64,000 nucleotides of DNA. It comes from an uncultured Veillonellaceae bacterium. Its GTDB lineage: Bacteria; Bacillota; Negativicutes; JARBTT01. The stretch lies in assembly GCA_963805085.1 (NCBI GenBank), contig CAWDTA010000002.1:1216001-1280000 (forward strand). Reading direction: 5' to 3'. The notes under the pieces are model-generated. The model searched no databases, was not told where the DNA came from, and worked only from the letters and a program-made list of their open reading frames with translations. How positions within the stretch are numbered: the first letter of the stretch is position 1; each line of letters opens with the position of its first letter. Positions 40,016-50,476 of the stretch are shown one piece after another. Both the position numbers and the translations under genes were made by a program.

Positions 40016-41167
40016 ATGAGTAACGTATTTTTAGTTCCATCAAAAATATTAACTGGATTTGGCGCAATTAACCAAATTGGAGAACACATTCAAGGTAGAG
40101 GAAAAAAAGCCTTGGTGGTTACTGATAAATTTATGGTACAGTTTGGTAATGTTGCCAAACTAACAGCAACTTTAGATGAATGTAACATCCAATACTATAT
40201 ATATGATGGTGTAAACGGTGAACCTACTGATAAAATGGTAGAAGAAGGCGTTCAGCTATACAAAGATCAAAAATGTGATTTACTGATAGCGCTTGGTGGT
40301 GGCAGTCCGATTGATACAGCGAAAGCAATTGGCTTCATGGCAAACAACACTGGCAAAATTAGCAGTTATATGAAAAAAGTCATTAATACAGAAGTTCCTT
40401 ACTTAGTAGCAATTCCAACAACAGCTGGAACTGGTTCAGAAGCTACTCAATTTACAATCATTGCGGATACAGAAAATAATGTAAAGATGCTACTTGCAGG
40501 TCCATCAATATTGCCAGCACTTGCAATCGTCGATCCAACCTTTACAATGACGGCGCCACCAAAGGTAACGGTAGCAACTGGTATAGATGCATTGACGCAT
40601 GCGATTGAAGCATATACTTCAAGAAAAGCGCAACCGTTATCTGATATCTTTGCATTAGCTGCAATCAAAAAAATTCACAAGAACTTACCAATCTGCTTTG
40701 CCGATGGTAAAAATGAAGAAGCAAGACTTCAAATGTCGCTTGGGGCGCATGAAGCTGGAATTGCATTTAACAACTCATCGATTACTATCGTTCATGGTAT
40801 GAGTAGACCAATTGGTGCACTTTTTCATATAGCACACGGTGTTAGTAATGCAGTACTTCTTACAGGTTGTATGGAATTTGCAATCAAAAAAAATACAGTA
40901 AGATTTGCTGAAATTGCAAAAATCATGGGTGTTACGGATGAGAATATGACGGATATGCAAGCCGCTCAGGCCATGGTAAAAGAGCTAGATCGCTTTTGCA
41001 AAGCTTTAGAAGTTCCAACACTTGAACAATTAGGCGTGAAGAAAGAAGACTTCTTCACACAACTGGATAAAATGGCGGATGATGCATTAGACAGTGGTAG
41101 TCCAAATAACACAATGAGGACACCAACAAAAGATGAAATTATCACAATATATAAAAAACTCTATTAA
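40016..41167 (+). CDS. Iron-containing alcohol dehydrogenase, putative malonate-semialdehyde reductase
   Basis: GGGSPID, PTTAGTGSE, DALTHAIEAY, HGMS and HG; first gene of the iol operon. Confidence 0.9.
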   Translation: MSNVFLVPSKILTGFGAINQIGEHIQGRGKKALVVTDKFMVQFGNVAKLTATLDECNIQYYIYDGVNGEPTDKMVEEGVQLYKDQKCDLLIALGGGSPIDTAKAIGFMANNTGKISSYMKKVINTEVPYLVAIPTTAGTGSEATQFTIIADTENNVKMLLAGPSILPALAIVDPTFTMTAPPKVTVATGIDALTHAIEAYTSRKAQPLSDIFALAAIKKIHKNLPICFADGKNEEARLQMSLGAHEAGIAFNNSSITIVHGMSRPIGALFHIAHGVSNAVLLTGCMEFAIKKNTVRFAEIAKIMGVTDENMTDMQAAQAMVKELDRFCKALEVPTLEQLGVKKEDFFTQLDKMADDALDSGSPNNTMRTPTKDEIITIYKKLY

Positions 41168-41196
41168 TTCAGGGGTGAAAGAAAGGAGTCAAAGAA

Positions 41197-42042
41197 ATGC
41201 CAATCGTTAAATTAGATGAGCTTTTGCTCGGCGTCAAGGATAACTCGTATGCAATCGGCTCCTTCAATGTTTCAAATATGGAAATGATAATAGGGACGAT
41301 AAAGGCTGCGGAAGAATTGAATGTACCCGTCATCATCCAGATTGCAGAAGGCAGATTGAAATACTCTCCACTGCATACGCTGGGGCCAATGATGGTAGCA
41401 GCAGCAAAAGAAGCGAAAGTTCCAGTGACAGTGCATCTTGATCATGGTGGAACAATCGAAGTTATTCATCAAGCATTGGAAATCGGATTTACTTCGGTTA
41501 TGTTTGATGGTTCTCAATATCCATTGGACATAAATATTGAAAAGACAATGCAAGTAAAAGAACTTGCAGATAAATATAATGCGAGTGTTGAAGCGGAAAT
41601 CGGTAGAGTCGGTGGCTCTGAAGGTGATTATGCCAACGTTGATATCATGATTACAAGTGTTGATGAAGCAGTGAAATTTTACGAAGCAACTAAAGTTGAC
41701 GCTTTAGCAGTAGCAATCGGTACAGCACATGGTAATTACAAAGAAGTTCCTAAACTTCGTATCGACAGATTAAAAGAAATTGCAAAAGTAGTTGCTTGTC
41801 CACTTGTTTTACATGGTGGTACAGGACTTACTGAACAGGATTTTAGAAATAGCTTAGAAAATGGTATCAAGAAAATCAATATTGCAACAGCATCTTATGA
41901 CAGCGTAGCGGCAAATGTAAAGAAACTGGCAAAAGATAAACCAGATTTCAATTACTTTGATCATACGGATACTGTAATGATGGCGACATATGAAAATGTA
42001 AAAAAACACATGTTGATTTTTGGTTTGAAAGATAAAGCATAA
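41197..42042 (+). CDS. iolJ: Class II aldolase (6-phospho-5-dehydro-2-deoxy-D-gluconate aldolase)
   Basis: VHLDHG, SVMFDGS, IGTAHG, LVLHGGTG and KIN; iol context. Confidence 0.82.
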   Translation: MPIVKLDELLLGVKDNSYAIGSFNVSNMEMIIGTIKAAEELNVPVIIQIAEGRLKYSPLHTLGPMMVAAAKEAKVPVTVHLDHGGTIEVIHQALEIGFTSVMFDGSQYPLDINIEKTMQVKELADKYNASVEAEIGRVGGSEGDYANVDIMITSVDEAVKFYEATKVDALAVAIGTAHGNYKEVPKLRIDRLKEIAKVVACPLVLHGGTGLTEQDFRNSLENGIKKINIATASYDSVAANVKKLAKDKPDFNYFDHTDTVMMATYENVKKHMLIFGLKDKA

Positions 42043-42056
42043 GGAGAGAAGAGCAA

Positions 42057-43088
42057 ATGGCAGTGATTGAATTTGACAACACAAAACATTTGGACATTGT
42101 ATTAATCGGTCGGGCAGCAATTGATTTTAACCCAAATGAGTTGAACCGTACATTAGATAAGGTAAATACTTTTACGAAATATGTGGGCGGTTCACCAGCA
42201 AACATCGCGGTTGGCGTATCAAAGCTTGGTAAAAAAGCTGGTTTCATCGGAGCAGTATCTGATGATCAATTCGGCACATTTGTTGTGGATTACTTTAATG
42301 AAAGAGATATTGATACAACAGGTATCGTAAAAGCAAAGAATGGTGAAAACTTAGGTCTTACTTTTACTGAAATTTCTAGCCCAACGGACAGTCAAATTTT
42401 GATGTATCGTAATGGCGTAGCAGATTTACAAATATCTACAGATGATGTTTCAGAAAATTATATCAAAAACAGCAAAATCTTATTGGTGTCTGGTACTGCA
42501 TTAGCAGCGAGTCCATCAAGAGAAGCCTGCTTCCTTGCTATCAAATATGCAAAAAAGCATGGTGTAAAAGTTATTTTTGATATTGACTATCGTGCGTATA
42601 CTTGGAAATCAAAAGCTGAAATTGGTATTTATTATTCGTTAGTCGGACAAATGAGTGATATCATTATTGGCTCCAGAGAAGAGTTTGAGCTTACTGAAAT
42701 GCTCCCAGAGGGTAACCAAGTACCAAATTATGAAATTGCTGAAAAATATATGAGTTTTGGTAATAAAATTGTCATCATTAAACACGGTAAAAAAGGTTCG
42801 GTCGCCTATAGCGCAGATAAAAAATCTTTTAAGGTGCAATCATTTAATATTAAATTATTAAAATCATTCGGTGGCGGCGATGCTTACGCATCAGCATTTA
42901 TTTACGGTTTACTTGAAGGCTGGAACCTAGATAAAGCTTTAGAATATGCCACAGCACATGCAGCAATGGTGGTTGCAAGTCATAGTTGTTCAGATGCAAT
43001 GCAAAGTGCAGATTCAATTCACGCATTTATTGAAGCACATAAAGATGAAAAGGTTATTACTCCAATTGACTGGAGGGACGAACTATGA
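42057..43088 (+). CDS. iolC: 5-dehydro-2-deoxygluconokinase
   Basis: YVGGSPANIA, FDIDYR and FGGGDAY; PfkB family. Confidence 0.95.
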   Translation: MAVIEFDNTKHLDIVLIGRAAIDFNPNELNRTLDKVNTFTKYVGGSPANIAVGVSKLGKKAGFIGAVSDDQFGTFVVDYFNERDIDTTGIVKAKNGENLGLTFTEISSPTDSQILMYRNGVADLQISTDDVSENYIKNSKILLVSGTALAASPSREACFLAIKYAKKHGVKVIFDIDYRAYTWKSKAEIGIYYSLVGQMSDIIIGSREEFELTEMLPEGNQVPNYEIAEKYMSFGNKIVIIKHGKKGSVAYSADKKSFKVQSFNIKLLKSFGGGDAYASAFIYGLLEGWNLDKALEYATAHAAMVVASHSCSDAMQSADSIHAFIEAHKDEKVITPIDWRDEL

Positions 43089-43870
43089 AATTCGGTCGCT
43101 TAGGTGAATTGAAACATGGCTACAATGCAATGACGACTTGTGAAAGTGCAATGCTTATGGATATTGGTTATCAGGTCATGAATGCACAAGAAAAGTTAAC
43201 ATTTAAAGATGATAAAAAAGAAACTGCATTTGTTATTTTGACTGGTGAAGTAATGATTCATTGGCAAAATGAAACGGAAATGATGAAACGGAATTTACTT
43301 TTTGATGATAATCCATACTGCTTACATGTTCCAGCGGGAACTGAGGTTATTGTTCAAGCGAATAACCATGTAGAAGTATTAATACAAAAGACCGAAAATG
43401 AAAGAAACTTTGCTCCTAAGTTCTATAGACCAGAAGATTGTCAATGCGATCAATTTGGTGCTGGAGTATGGAATGGTACTGCTGAACGGACAGTACGGAC
43501 AATATTTGATTATACCAATGCCCCATATTCTAATATGGTAAATGGTGAAGTAATTAATCGTCCAGGTAGATGGTCAGGTTATATTCCACATACACATCCA
43601 CAACCAGAGGTCTATACTTATAAGTTTAATAAACCGCAAGGATTTGGCTGCTCATTTATTGGTGATGATGCTTATAAGATTTCGCATAACAGTTATTCAG
43701 CAATTCCTGGTGGTGATAGTCATCCGCAAGTTACAGCGCCAGGGTATGCAATGTGGTATAGTTGGATGATTCGGCATTTACCAAATGATCCGTGGATAAA
43801 AACAAGAACTGATGATGTAGAACATACGTGGTTATTAGAAAAAAATGTGAAAATATGGGAACCAAAATAA
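43085..43870 (+). CDS. iolB: 5-deoxy-glucuronate isomerase
   Basis: GEV, WSGYIPHTH, E.Y.Y and HPQVTAPGY; ATGA overlap with iolC. Confidence 0.92.
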   Translation: MKFGRLGELKHGYNAMTTCESAMLMDIGYQVMNAQEKLTFKDDKKETAFVILTGEVMIHWQNETEMMKRNLLFDDNPYCLHVPAGTEVIVQANNHVEVLIQKTENERNFAPKFYRPEDCQCDQFGAGVWNGTAERTVRTIFDYTNAPYSNMVNGEVINRPGRWSGYIPHTHPQPEVYTYKFNKPQGFGCSFIGDDAYKISHNSYSAIPGGDSHPQVTAPGYAMWYSWMIRHLPNDPWIKTRTDDVEHTWLLEKNVKIWEPK

Positions 43871-43896
43871 AGAGACAAAGAAAGGTGAGGTAAACA

Positions 43897-45828
43897 ATGG
43901 GCTTTGTAAGAATGACTGTTGCACAAGCAGTAGTTAGATTCCTAGACCAACAGTATATCGAAGTGGATGGCAAAAAAAATAAATTTGTCCGTGGTATTTT
44001 TACTATATTTGGTCATGGAAATGTTGTTGGTTTGGGACAGGCTTTAGAAGAACTAGAACACAAATTAGAAGTTTATCAAGGAAAAAATGAACAAGGTATG
44101 GCACATATTGCAACTGGTTTTGCAAAACAGAAGAATCGTCACCAAATCTATGCTTGTACGTCATCCGTAGGTCCTGGAGCGGCAAATATGATTACTGCTG
44201 CCGCGACTGCAACGGCAAATAATATCCCCCTTTTATTACTGCCAGGAGATGTTTTTGCAACCCGTCAGCCAGATCCTGTTTTGCAACAGATTGAGCAAAC
44301 AGATAGTTTGGCGATTTCAACCAATGATGCATTCCAAGCAGTAAGTAAATATTGGGACCGAGTGAGCCGTCCAGAGCAATTGATGACTGCAATGATTAAT
44401 GCTATGAGGGTATTGACCGATCAGGCAAACACTGGAGCAGTGACGATTGCGTTACCACAAGATGTACAAGGCGAAGCTTACGACTTTCCAGAGTATTTCT
44501 TTCAAGAGCGTGTTCACCGAATTGATCGGAGATTACCAGTACAAGCAGCGATTGAGGATGCGGTTAAGATAATTATGCGTAAGAAAAAGCCAATCATTAT
44601 TTGTGGTGGCGGACTGCGATATGCTGAAGCTGGTGAAGAATTAAAAAGCTTTTCTGAGGCCTTTCATATTCCTTATGGTGAGACGCAGGCTGGTAAGAGC
44701 GCGGTCGCTTACGATCATGCATATAACTTAGGTGGAATCGGTGTAACTGGTAACTCGGCGGCAAATGATATAGCGCATCAGGCCGATTTGGTTATTGGGA
44801 TTGGTACGAGATTTACCGATTTTACAACGGGATCAAAAGGTGTATTTGATGCACCGAATGTAGAATTTTTGACAATCAATGTTTCTGATTTTCATGCTAA
44901 TAAATTAGATGCAGTAAAAGTTGTTGCTGATGCAAAAGTTACCTTAAAAAAAATAGAAGAAGAACTGAAAAAAGTAAATTATAAAGCTGCTTATACTGAT
45001 GAAATTAAGTTTGCAAAAGAAAAATGGCAGCTAGAATTAGAACGTTTATATGATGTTAAGTATTGCCCTGATTTTGTACCAGAGGTATCTGGTGATTTTG
45101 ATAAAAGCAAAATGACTGAATATAGAGAATCTTTAAAAACCTGCTTGACCCAAACAGAAGTAATTGGTGTATTTGATCGATTGCTTGACGATGATGCCAT
45201 TGTGGTTGGTGCATCAGGAAGTTTACCTGGATGTTTACAACGTGTATGGCGTCCAAAAAAAGTTGGTGGTTACCATATGGAATACGGTTACTCTTGTATG
45301 GGGTATGAAGTTGCTGCATCTATTGGAGCAAAATTAGCAGAAGAGAATCGTGAAGTGTATGCTTTTGTTGGTGATGGCAGTTATCTCATGCTGCACACGG
45401 AATTGGTAACTAGCATTCAAGAAGGGATAAAAACCAATATTGTTTTACTCGACAATAGTGGTTTTGGCTGTATCAATAATTTACAAATGGGTAATGGTAT
45501 GGGCAGTTTCTATACAGAATTTAGAAAACGTTCAAAAGATGGAAAAGGCAATGGTGCTTTATTGCAAATTGATTTTGCTAAAAATGCCGAGGCTTATGGG
45601 GCAAAGACATATTCCATTCATACGTTAGAAGAATTAGAAGCAGCTATTATAGATGCAAAAAAACAAACGGTATCAACATTATTTGATATAAAGGTATTGC
45701 CAAAAACGATGACCCATGGGTATGGTGCAGATTGGAATGTTGGCTTAGCTGAAATTTCTAGCAATGCTAAGATTAATGCTGCATACCAAAACCGTAGAAG
45801 CTTCTTAGACAAAGCGAGAAAGTACTAA
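43897..45828 (+). CDS. iolD: 3D-(3,5/4)-trihydroxycyclohexane-1,2-dione acylhydrolase
   Basis: [33 protein letters not shown] and the ThDP motif GDGSY. Confidence 0.97.
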   Translation: MGFVRMTVAQAVVRFLDQQYIEVDGKKNKFVRGIFTIFGHGNVVGLGQALEELEHKLEVYQGKNEQGMAHIATGFAKQKNRHQIYACTSSVGPGAANMITAAATATANNIPLLLLPGDVFATRQPDPVLQQIEQTDSLAISTNDAFQAVSKYWDRVSRPEQLMTAMINAMRVLTDQANTGAVTIALPQDVQGEAYDFPEYFFQERVHRIDRRLPVQAAIEDAVKIIMRKKKPIIICGGGLRYAEAGEELKSFSEAFHIPYGETQAGKSAVAYDHAYNLGGIGVTGNSAANDIAHQADLVIGIGTRFTDFTTGSKGVFDAPNVEFLTINVSDFHANKLDAVKVVADAKVTLKKIEEELKKVNYKAAYTDEIKFAKEKWQLELERLYDVKYCPDFVPEVSGDFDKSKMTEYRESLKTCLTQTEVIGVFDRLLDDDAIVVGASGSLPGCLQRVWRPKKVGGYHMEYGYSCMGYEVAASIGAKLAEENREVYAFVGDGSYLMLHTELVTSIQEGIKTNIVLLDNSGFGCINNLQMGNGMGSFYTEFRKRSKDGKGNGALLQIDFAKNAEAYGAKTYSIHTLEELEAAIIDAKKQTVSTLFDIKVLPKTMTHGYGADWNVGLAEISSNAKINAAYQNRRSFLDKARKY

Positions 45829-45872
45829 GTTATTCAGAAAGATAATTTATAAATTGAAGGGCGGCTTTTAAA

Positions 45873-46898
45873 ATGTTGAAAATCGGTATTATTGGTGCAG
45901 GTCGTATTGGTAAGGTTCATGGAGAAAGCATTGCAAAATATGTAAAAAATGCCACGGTAAAAGCAATTGCTGATCCATTTCTAAATGATGAAACAAAAGA
46001 ATGGGCCAAGTCTATGGGCATTGAGCATACGTATACGGATTATAAAAAAATTATGAATGATTCTGAAATTGATGCGGTGCTTATTTGTGCTTCAACAGAT
46101 ATGCATTCTCCACTTTCTATAGAAGCAATTCAAGCGGGTAAACATGTTTTTTGTGAAAAACCAATTGATCATGATGTAGAAAAAATCAAAGAGGTTTTAA
46201 ATGTTGTTAAAGCTTCTGATCGGAAATACCAAGTTGGTTTTAACCGCCGTTTTGACCATAATTTTAGAGCTGCACAAGAAGCGGTTGCTGCAGGTAAGAT
46301 TGGTAAACAACAAATTATTAAAATTACTTCTCGTGATCCCGAAGCACCACCAATCAGCTATGTAAAAGTTTCTGGCGGAATGTTCTTAGATATGACAATT
46401 CATGATTTTGATATGGTTAGATTTTTATCTGGCAGTGAAGTTGAAGAAGTATACACTGTAGGCGGAGTTACGGTTGATCCAGCAATTGGTGAAGCGGGTG
46501 ACGTTGACACTGCAATTATCAGCTTAAAACTTGCCAATGGTGCTATGGCTGTGATTGATAACTGTCGTCAAGCTGTATATGGTTATGACCAACGTGCTGA
46601 AGTATTTGGAACAGAGGGAGCAATTCAAATTAGCAATGATAGTGCCTCCAATGCAATTCTTAGTAATAGAGATGGAGTTACTGCTGAAAAACCATTGTAT
46701 TTCTTCTTAGAACGTTATATGCGTGCTTATGCTGATGAAATTGGTGCTTTTGTTGATGCGATTGTTGAAGATAAAGAAGTTATGGTAAATGCAGAGGATG
46801 GTTTAGAACCAGTCATTATCGGCCTAGCTGCTAAAAAATCATTACTTGAAAATAGACCAGTTAAGACTGCTGAAATTAAGCAAGCTTTTGGTTTATAA
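45873..46898 (+). CDS. iolG: myo-Inositol 2-dehydrogenase
   Basis: GAGRIG, CEKP, GFNRRFD, SRDP, DMTIHDFD and YGYDQR. Confidence 0.95.
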   Translation: MLKIGIIGAGRIGKVHGESIAKYVKNATVKAIADPFLNDETKEWAKSMGIEHTYTDYKKIMNDSEIDAVLICASTDMHSPLSIEAIQAGKHVFCEKPIDHDVEKIKEVLNVVKASDRKYQVGFNRRFDHNFRAAQEAVAAGKIGKQQIIKITSRDPEAPPISYVKVSGGMFLDMTIHDFDMVRFLSGSEVEEVYTVGGVTVDPAIGEAGDVDTAIISLKLANGAMAVIDNCRQAVYGYDQRAEVFGTEGAIQISNDSASNAILSNRDGVTAEKPLYFFLERYMRAYADEIGAFVDAIVEDKEVMVNAEDGLEPVIIGLAAKKSLLENRPVKTAEIKQAFGL

Positions 46899-46902
46899 AT
46901 AA

Positions 46903-47013
46903 AGATTTAGTTTTAGAGATTTTTATGCAATGAGATAATTTACTAAGCAAAGATATATTACTCCCTTGGTAACAAAGTAAATGTCTAGAACGTAAAAATC
47001 TCTAAGCAAATCT
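46903..47013. repeat. Long imperfect intergenic inverted repeat between iolG and iolE
   Basis: TTAGAGATTTTTATG/CGTAAAAATCTCTAA, plus inner ATTTACT/AGTAAAT and outer AGATTT/AAATCT arms. Confidence 0.7.
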
Positions 47014-47116
47014 ATCATTGGTATGACGTTATAATTTATACTCCTAAGCAAAATATAGAAATTATTATTACAGTGTATATGGTTTTATGAAAATAAAGGG
47101 TTGAGGAGCGTAGTTT

Positions 47117-48013
47117 ATGTTAAATATAAATGATATTCATTTGGGGATTGCACCGATTGCTTGGACAAATGATGATATGCCTGACTTAGGCAAAGAAAAT
47201 ACGTTTGAACAATGTATCAGTGAAATGGCTTTGGCTGGATTTACTGGCTGCGAAGTAGGAAATAAATATCCTCGGAATACTAGTGTCTTAAGTAAAGCTT
47301 TGAAAATACGTGGACTAAAAATTGCGAGTGCGTGGTTTAGTTCTTTTTTAACGACAAAACCGTTGCAAGAAACAATAGATGCGTTTATTGAACATCGTGA
47401 TTTTTTATGTGCAATGGGCGCTAAAGTAGTTGTAGTATCTGAACAAGGACACAGTGTTCAAGGGCAAGTAAAAACGCCGATTTTTGCCAAGAAACCATAC
47501 TTTACAGAAGATGAATGGAATAAACTTGCCACAGGGTTAAATAAACTTGGCGAGCTCGCAAAAGAAAAAGACATGAATGTTGTTTACCATCATCATATGG
47601 GAACTGGAGTACAAACAGCGGTAGAAATTGATAAACTAATGGAAATGACAGATCCTGCGTTAGTCTCTTTATTATTTGATAGTGGACATTTAGTTTATTC
47701 AGGAGAAAATCATTTAGCCGTGTTGAGAAAACATGTAGATCGTATCAAACATGTGCATTTAAAAGATATTCGAATCGAAAAAGTACAAGAGGTAAAAGAA
47801 AAACAGTTAAGCTTTCTAGAAGGTGTTAGATTAGGTACATTTACAGTCCCTGGTGATGGTTCAATTGATTTTATGCCAATTTTCGAAATATTAGCAAAAG
47901 CGAGATATCAAGGTTGGTTTGTAGTTGAAGCAGAACAAGATCCTTCCAAAGCAAATCCATTTGAATATGCTCAAAAAGCAAGATGTTATATTAAGAAAAC
48001 AGCAAATTTATAA
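47117..48013 (+). CDS. iolE: myo-Inosose-2 dehydratase
   Basis: [27 protein letters not shown] and VEAEQDP. Confidence 0.97.
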   Translation: MLNINDIHLGIAPIAWTNDDMPDLGKENTFEQCISEMALAGFTGCEVGNKYPRNTSVLSKALKIRGLKIASAWFSSFLTTKPLQETIDAFIEHRDFLCAMGAKVVVVSEQGHSVQGQVKTPIFAKKPYFTEDEWNKLATGLNKLGELAKEKDMNVVYHHHMGTGVQTAVEIDKLMEMTDPALVSLLFDSGHLVYSGENHLAVLRKHVDRIKHVHLKDIRIEKVQEVKEKQLSFLEGVRLGTFTVPGDGSIDFMPIFEILAKARYQGWFVVEAEQDPSKANPFEYAQKARCYIKKTANL

Positions 48014-48125
48014 AAAACAGAGTATTCCAATAATTGTATTTAATGGTTTCTAATTGATGAAGAAAAACAGCATATTAAAGATGAATCACTGATCAAACAT
48101 ATATTTAATAGTGTAAATTGAAGGA

Positions 48126-49502
48126 GTGAAAATAATGAATATTTTAAAATCGTTTTTGACAGGAGCAGACAAATCACGCATTACTGACCCTGCAGCTATA
48201 AAACGTATGTTTACAACCGCTCGCTGGCAGGTAATGACCTCGATGATTATTGGCTATGGTATGTATTATGTAGTAAAAATGACCTTGGGTGTAGCGAAAA
48301 AGCCTATGATGGAAGCCGGATTTACTGCTACAGAATTAGGGCAAATTGGTGCAGGATTACTTATTGCGTATGCTCTTGGTAAATTTGTTCATGGTTTCCT
48401 AGGTGACCGCATTAATGTTAAAAAGCTAGTGCCTACGGGCTTACTTGGCTGTGCTATTGTAAATATTATTTTAGGATTTACCACATCTTTTTATGTATTT
48501 TTGATCCTTTGGTTTATTAACGGCTGGTTTCAGTCTATGGGTTCTGCGCCATGTATCGTTTCAATAACGCAGTGGTTTTCTAAAAAAGAAGTAGCAACGC
48601 AATATGGTGTATTCAGTATTGCACATTATCTTGGTGAAGGCGCAACTTATATTATTTCGGCTTGGTTGATTGTACATTATGGCTGGCAGTCGGCATTCTG
48701 GTTCCCAGGAATTTTGTGCGTAGTAATGGCTTACCTAATGTATAAATTTATGTGGGATCGCCCTCAGGCATATGGTTTACCTACCGCTAATGAATTTAAA
48801 GGTGAAGTAGAAGAGGTTAAGAAAGAAAAAGTTAAGACTACGAAGGAAGCACAATTAGAGGTTATTAAAAACCCATTTGTTTGGTTAATTGCTTTAAGTG
48901 CCGCTTTCATGGGTATTGCACGTTATTCTTTGAGCAGTTGGGGCGTAATTTTCCTTCAAGAAAGTAAGATGTATAGTTTAGTGGCCGCTGGCAGTATTAT
49001 GGCTCTCAGTCCGCTCATGGGTGGATTAGGTTCTTTTCTTTCAGGTTATATTTCTGATAAAATTTTCAAATCACACCATGCTTTAACTACAATTTTCTTT
49101 GGACTAGTTATGCTTGGCGGACTTGTAGGTTTTTGCTATACACCTCCCGGAAATCAACTGCTGGATATGATCTGGATTTCAGTCTTTGGCTTTGGGCTTG
49201 GCGTTATCCTATGCTTTGTTGGTGGAATGCTGGCAGTCGATCTTTGCTCGCAAAAGGCCGCTGGGGCAGCAATGGGAACAGTCGGCTTGTTAGCTTATGC
49301 CGGTGCAGCTTTGCAGGATATTGCAAACGGCTGGCTGATGGATATCAGTAAAATTATGGTAGATGGTAAAGCAGTATATAATTTTGATGTGATTAATATG
49401 TTCTGGATTGGATCAGTTGCTATTATGATAGTCTTAATTGTTCCTTGTTTATGGGCCAAGAAGAAAAATACTCCAGAATCTACTACTGATGTTAATGGCT
49501 AA
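48126..49502 (+). CDS. MFS organophosphate:Pi antiporter (GlpT/UhpT/OPA family)
   Basis: GYGMYY, YALGKF, NGWFQSMG, WFSKKE, AHYLG, DRPQAYGLP and GYISDK; 12 TM. Confidence 0.9.
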   Translation: MKIMNILKSFLTGADKSRITDPAAIKRMFTTARWQVMTSMIIGYGMYYVVKMTLGVAKKPMMEAGFTATELGQIGAGLLIAYALGKFVHGFLGDRINVKKLVPTGLLGCAIVNIILGFTTSFYVFLILWFINGWFQSMGSAPCIVSITQWFSKKEVATQYGVFSIAHYLGEGATYIISAWLIVHYGWQSAFWFPGILCVVMAYLMYKFMWDRPQAYGLPTANEFKGEVEEVKKEKVKTTKEAQLEVIKNPFVWLIALSAAFMGIARYSLSSWGVIFLQESKMYSLVAAGSIMALSPLMGGLGSFLSGYISDKIFKSHHALTTIFFGLVMLGGLVGFCYTPPGNQLLDMIWISVFGFGLGVILCFVGGMLAVDLCSQKAAGAAMGTVGLLAYAGAALQDIANGWLMDISKIMVDGKAVYNFDVINMFWIGSVAIMIVLIVPCLWAKKKNTPESTTDVNG

Positions 49503-49541
49503 TAAGCCCCGTAATCTATCGTAAATATTTGTGCTGATGCA

Positions 49542-49581
49542 GATGTAATAAATTACAGAATATTCTGTAATTTATTACATC
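49542..49581. repeat. Perfect 40-bp palindrome
   Basis: GATGTAATAAATTACAGAAT|ATTCTGTAATTTATTACATC, with no spacer. Confidence 0.9.
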
Positions 49582-49695
49582 ATAAGCATTTAATTAGAAA
49601 TAAGTTCGATAAGCATATTTATTAAATTAAATATTTTTCGTTACTTAACAGTGACAGGGCAGAGGGTTAAATCAAACACATAAGGAGCATATGTT

Positions 49696-50412
49696 ATGGC
49701 AAAATTTATTGCAGATTTACACACACATACAATTTCATGCAGGCATGGTTTTAGTACGGTTACGGAAATTATCAAAGCCGCAGCTGATATTGGATTAGAA
49801 GCAGTTGGCCTCACCGAACATGGACCAGGTTATCCTGGCAGTGTTGGCGATGCATACTTTAATACTTACAGGGATATACCGTCAGAAATGTTTGGCATCA
49901 CTGTTCTAAAAGGTTGTGAGGTTAACATGATGGACTTTTATGGTAAGGTAGATTTGGAACAGTCCCGCATGGCTAAATTGGATATTGTTATTGCCAGTTG
50001 CCACAAAGAATGCACCCCTATAGGCTCTATAGAGGAGAATACAAAAATGTATTTAGGGGCTATTAGGAATCCTTATGTCGACATTATCGGTCATCCTGAT
50101 GCACCTCTTTATCCTATTGACATAGAAAAAGTCGTAAAGGCAGCGGTTAAATATGGGGTCGCCCTGGAAGTTAATAATAGTTCACCAGCGGCGCGTCCCA
50201 GCAGTGAAAAATTATGTGCTGAGATCATCCGCTTAGCAAAAAAATTTGGAGCAAAGCTGGCTGTGGGTTCGGATGCACATTATCATGTAGTTGTTGGCAA
50301 GTTTGATTATGCATATAAAATGATTACAGAAGGTACCTTTCCACTTGATCAAGTTATAAATTCTTCAAAAGATAATTTAATGGCTCATCTTCGCCGGAAT
50401 CGAAAACTTTAA
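49696..50412 (+). CDS. PHP-family phosphatase (YcdX-like), cytoplasmic
   Basis: DLHTHT, TEHGP, GCE, GHPD, EVNNSS and GSDAH; no signal peptide. Confidence 0.9.
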   Translation: MAKFIADLHTHTISCRHGFSTVTEIIKAAADIGLEAVGLTEHGPGYPGSVGDAYFNTYRDIPSEMFGITVLKGCEVNMMDFYGKVDLEQSRMAKLDIVIASCHKECTPIGSIEENTKMYLGAIRNPYVDIIGHPDAPLYPIDIEKVVKAAVKYGVALEVNNSSPAARPSSEKLCAEIIRLAKKFGAKLAVGSDAHYHVVVGKFDYAYKMITEGTFPLDQVINSSKDNLMAHLRRNRKL

Positions 50413-50476
50413 TTGCACTAAAGTTTTCGAAGAATATGCCGATGTGATTCATTAAATCAAAAAAATAAATAGGGAG

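Noticed and set aside
41197-42042. Glycolytic fructose-bisphosphate aldolase call
   Set aside because: Same family, but its position between the ADH and iolC favours IolJ.
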